Assembly (NCBI GenBank): GCA_003963235.1
Contig: RXKF01000009.1
Span: 1 to 62,691 of the forward strand
From: Rickettsiales bacterium
GTDB taxonomy: Bacteria; Pseudomonadota; Alphaproteobacteria; Rickettsiales; Rickettsiaceae
DNA length: 62,691 nt
Direction of reading: 5' to 3'
The notes under the pieces are model-generated. The model saw nothing but the letters and a program-made list of their open reading frames with translations, was not told where the DNA came from and ran no database searches. Numbering within the stretch: the stretch's first letter is position 1; each line of letters begins with the position of its first letter. This document shows, in pieces, positions 59,474 through 62,691 of this stretch. A program made the position numbers and the translations under genes.

Positions 59474-60361
59474 ATGGAAAAACCGCTAATTAGCTTTGAC
59501 TACGCTATCAAATATCTACTAAAAGATAAAGGCGACTATGAAATAGTCGAAGGGTTTATCTCTGCCCTTCTTACCTCAGAAGGATATAAACCGGTTAAGA
59601 TAAAGGCCTTACTTGACGGCGAAAGTAATAAGGAAAGTAGATATTTAAAAAGAAGTATAGCCGATGTTATAGTTGAAGACGAACAAGGTAATAACTATAT
59701 AGTTGAGATCGATCGTGCTTATACTGATCTTTTTCTGAACAAAGCGATATTTAATACCTCAAGGCTAATCGTTGATAATCTCGGGGCAAATCAGGATTAC
59801 TTACAAATTAAAAAGGTATTCCATATCAATCTGCTATACTTCCCTTTTGAAAATACCAAAGCACCACTACATCACGGTAAGGTAATATTTCATGAGATAG
59901 ACCACACACATCCTGTAGATGTTCACTTAATAGATAGAGGAATGCATACATTTGATGCTCACAACATATTCCCTGAATATTTTATTGTTTCAATTCCTTT
60001 ATTTGATGATGTAATAAAAGAGGAAATCGACGAGTGGTTATATTTAATGAAGCACTCTGAGGTAAAAGAGGATTTTAAGTCTCCTTACATGCAGAAAGTA
60101 GCACAGCGTTTAAGTATATTAAAAATGACCAATCAGGAAAGAGAGATTTATGATAGCTATGTCATGGATTCTATGAAAGGTCGTGACTATATAATCTCCG
60201 CTGAGGCTAGAGGTGAAGCTAGAGGTGAAGCTAGAGGTGAGGTTAGAGGCATTGAAAAAACAGCCGTTAATATGTTAAAACAGAAAATAGATGATAAACT
60301 TATTGCTTCTGTCACTGGTTTTAGCTTAGAGGAGATAGCAAAACTGAAAAACAAGCTATAA
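59474..60361 (+). CDS. Rpn/PD-(D/E)xK nuclease family protein
   Basis: SFDYAIK, IADVIVED...YIVEI, EARG repeats, IASVTG.S.EEI tail. Confidence 0.85.
   Translation: MEKPLISFDYAIKYLLKDKGDYEIVEGFISALLTSEGYKPVKIKALLDGESNKESRYLKRSIADVIVEDEQGNNYIVEIDRAYTDLFLNKAIFNTSRLIVDNLGANQDYLQIKKVFHINLLYFPFENTKAPLHHGKVIFHEIDHTHPVDVHLIDRGMHTFDAHNIFPEYFIVSIPLFDDVIKEEIDEWLYLMKHSEVKEDFKSPYMQKVAQRLSILKMTNQEREIYDSYVMDSMKGRDYIISAEARGEARGEARGEVRGIEKTAVNMLKQKIDDKLIASVTGFSLEEIAKLKNKL
60203..60250 (+). repeat. 12-bp tandem repeat x4 (EARG/EVRG)
   Basis: GA(G/A)G(C/T)TAGAGG(T/C) x4. Confidence 0.9.
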
Positions 60362-60492
60362 TTTATAAAAAGTATTGTAAAGATTTGCTGTTGACTGATT
60401 AGGATAGTATGGTATCATCGCGGATGTATCTATGATTATCTCTTAAGTTAGTTTGATACATTTTTTTCATTAAGATACACCTAGAAAAAATT

Positions 60493-60533
60493 AAAAATGA
60501 ACTCTGTTTTTATTTTGCGGGGTTCATTTTTTT
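60493..60533. terminator. intrinsic terminator
   Basis: AAAATGAACTCTG...CGGGGTTCATTTTTTT. Confidence 0.65.
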
Positions 60534-60675
60534 AGGGTTCATCTTAAATTCCCATTTTTTAAATTTCTTAAAATTGATTAAGGAAAAGAGAGTAAAGATT
60601 TTATACATAACCTACCTTATGGAAAATAAAGGTTTATAAAAAGTTGAATATCAACGGTTTACAATCTCGTTTTTG

Positions 60676-62388
60676 CTACCTTCTAAAATCTCTAAGGCAA
60701 TGCCTTTGCAAGATATGAACTTCAGCAAAGTTACCTTCTTTAAAAGCCTTATATATTTCTTCATGGGACTCTACTATGGCTATCCCCAAGATTGGCTCAG
60801 AAACTAACAAATCTTTCATCTGTTCTAATGCCTTATCCTTCCAATCATCACGACACGATTCTTTATTATTATAATCGAAAAATAGATAATTATCGTCATC
60901 AAATATAAATCTAATTTCCTTTATACCCAATTTTATTCTTAAAATTAAGTATTCATTGGAATCGTCTGGAAAATGATGCCAAAATAACTTAACTATATTT
61001 TTTTCTCTTATTTTTGTACTATCACCTCTAATAGTATATTTCTTTTTTGGATCATTTTTACTTTGTGCAATTTCTATTATATCTCCTTTCTCCTTTAAAC
61101 GATTAAGTTTCATAATAACTGTGCGTCGACTTATATCCATAACTTGAGCAATTTGATGAGCACTTAATGATCCGCAAAAGGCAAGCAATTCAATAATAAA
61201 ACGATCGTTGATATCTATTACAATAGCGTCCTCTCTGGTTTTTTGTCTGTGAAATGTTACTTTAATACGTCCTCCTATAGCATCAAAATGCGGTGGCTCA
61301 AGACCAACTTCGAGGCAAGCTTGAATCATCCTTCCAATACCGCTTCCCCATTGTTCAATTAATCCGATTTCATTAAAAATTCGTCCAATAACAGGATTAC
61401 GTAATTTAGATATACCACCTACTTTTAAATCTTCTAAAGTGAGTGCGCCAAGTAAAACAGCATTATTCTCAATTTCTATCCTGTCATCAAATATACTTAC
61501 AGTAATTGGAGTACCACTGATTGAATAATCAGTATGAACAACTGCATTAATTATAGCCTCTCTTAAAGCAACTAGTGGTATATCGTCTAATAATTTCTGG
61601 TGGCGGACTTGTTTAATTACTAAAGAAACACGAGTATTTTTTTTTATATAATTGAGAGTCTCGTCTATTGCATTTGGCAAAAAAGAAGTAAATTGTTGAG
61701 TATCAAGTATTCTACTCTTATTGATTCCATCAAAAATTCCTACTTTTATAAATGCCCAAGGAAAGTACTTTAAGCGATTTATAGCAAATAATATAACGCC
61801 TCCATTAGTAGGTGTCTTGGCATTCTCAGCAAATATACCAAGTGTAACAAGATCATTAGTTTTTAATACCCTTTTATGTGCAAATAACTGTGTAACATCT
61901 GTGAATTTTATATCTTCACACTTAATATCATAACATAATTCTTCATCGAAAGATTTAGGAGAGATTGACCTTTCAATCACTTTTATTAGTTCTGAGTCAG
62001 CAGCTCTTGTTGAAGACCCAATACGAATATATGCTTGTTTTTCTTTTTGCTTATTACCTTTTATAAAATGGGGTCTTGTAATACTTGAGCAAATTTCAAT
62101 AAGTATTACATACATACTGCGATATGGTAAAATTTCTATTTCAAAATAAATTCTTGGTTCAATAATACTAGAAATTTTATTAGTAAGTATTTCTTCTGCC
62201 TTTTTGACATTTTTAACTCCAACTATATTACGCTCCTTATCTGAAACTCCAATTAAAAGTGTACCTCCTGAGCCATTAGCAAAAGCAACTATAGTAGCAA
62301 GAATCTTATCTATAGAATCTATATTTTCTTTGAATTCTAACTTTGACCCTTCATGTTGTTTTATTAAATCCTCAATCTTTTTGCTCAT
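60676..62388 (-). CDS. AlbA_2 (Schlafen-like) plus HATPase_c_4 plus wHTH protein
   Basis: EGSKLEFKE, AFANGSGGTLLIGV, ALREAIINAVVH.DY, RNPVI, EQWGSG. Confidence 0.85.
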   Translation of the reverse strand: MSKKIEDLIKQHEGSKLEFKENIDSIDKILATIVAFANGSGGTLLIGVSDKERNIVGVKNVKKAEEILTNKISSIIEPRIYFEIEILPYRSMYVILIEICSSITRPHFIKGNKQKEKQAYIRIGSSTRAADSELIKVIERSISPKSFDEELCYDIKCEDIKFTDVTQLFAHKRVLKTNDLVTLGIFAENAKTPTNGGVILFAINRLKYFPWAFIKVGIFDGINKSRILDTQQFTSFLPNAIDETLNYIKKNTRVSLVIKQVRHQKLLDDIPLVALREAIINAVVHTDYSISGTPITVSIFDDRIEIENNAVLLGALTLEDLKVGGISKLRNPVIGRIFNEIGLIEQWGSGIGRMIQACLEVGLEPPHFDAIGGRIKVTFHRQKTREDAIVIDINDRFIIELLAFCGSLSAHQIAQVMDISRRTVIMKLNRLKEKGDIIEIAQSKNDPKKKYTIRGDSTKIREKNIVKLFWHHFPDDSNEYLILRIKLGIKEIRFIFDDDNYLFFDYNNKESCRDDWKDKALEQMKDLLVSEPILGIAIVESHEEIYKAFKEGNFAEVHILQRHCLRDFRR

Positions 62389-62691
62389 TACAAACCATAA
62401 ATTATCACTACTATTGTAGTGTGCATTTTACTATGAAGTAACTATGCAGTCAAGGGTAATTTGAGAATTGCAAATGAGCTAAATTAGGATCGCAAAAAGA
62501 ATTCAAGTAAGTTTGGGAGTGAGAATGTTCTTTTCTTATTAAAATGTATATACAATTTAGAAAAACTCATGTCACCTGCCTATTTCCATCATTCCCCATT
62601 TAACCCTAAAACTTCATTTATTGCCTTTATAGCAAAATTTATTTGATCATAACTTATATCTTTGTGGGTAATAGCTCTGATTTTATCTTTT

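Noticed and set aside
605-62419. Short antisense or nested ORFs in the track (e.g. 34706-35227, 30843-31256, 49025-49450, 44628-44906)
   Set aside because: They overlap well-supported genes and lack motifs; treated as shadows, except 13409-13948
1-62691. tRNA, rRNA, integrase or DDE transposase genes
   Set aside because: None recognised by eye; a tRNAscan/HMM run would be needed to exclude them

Overview
AT-rich window that looks like DNA from a Rickettsiaceae-type intracellular alphaproteobacterium (rickettsial-type SAM transporter, ferredoxin, ProP/SpoT-hydrolase pair, porin and Rpn protein). About 11.2-58.0 kb is an apparently intact short-tailed (podo-like) phage or phage-plasmid. It has terminase, portal, GroES, scaffold, capsid, adaptor/nozzle, fibres, ejection proteins, patatin, RuvC, YqaJ/Bet, two replication initiators (one with four internal 22-bp iterons), DnaB, ParA/ParG and two DNA methyltransferases; I recognise no integrase, holin or endolysin. 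The top candidate for a new system is a compact gene cluster at 4.45-11.1 kb: VioA-like L-Trp oxidase, HemN-like radical SAM enzyme, ferredoxin, an extra TrpRS-II-type synthetase, LysE exporter and a dedicated SAM importer. This suggests a tryptophan-derived metabolite pathway with self-resistance. Other notable structure: a fibre domain split at the same point across three consecutive genes, a capsid N-terminus mimic peptide, a covarying hairpin array in the capsid leader, a shared phage promoter motif, a dual-frame C5 methyltransferase, and a symmetric 500-bp element with Xer-like sites. All protein assignments come from motif recognition by eye; no database searches were run.
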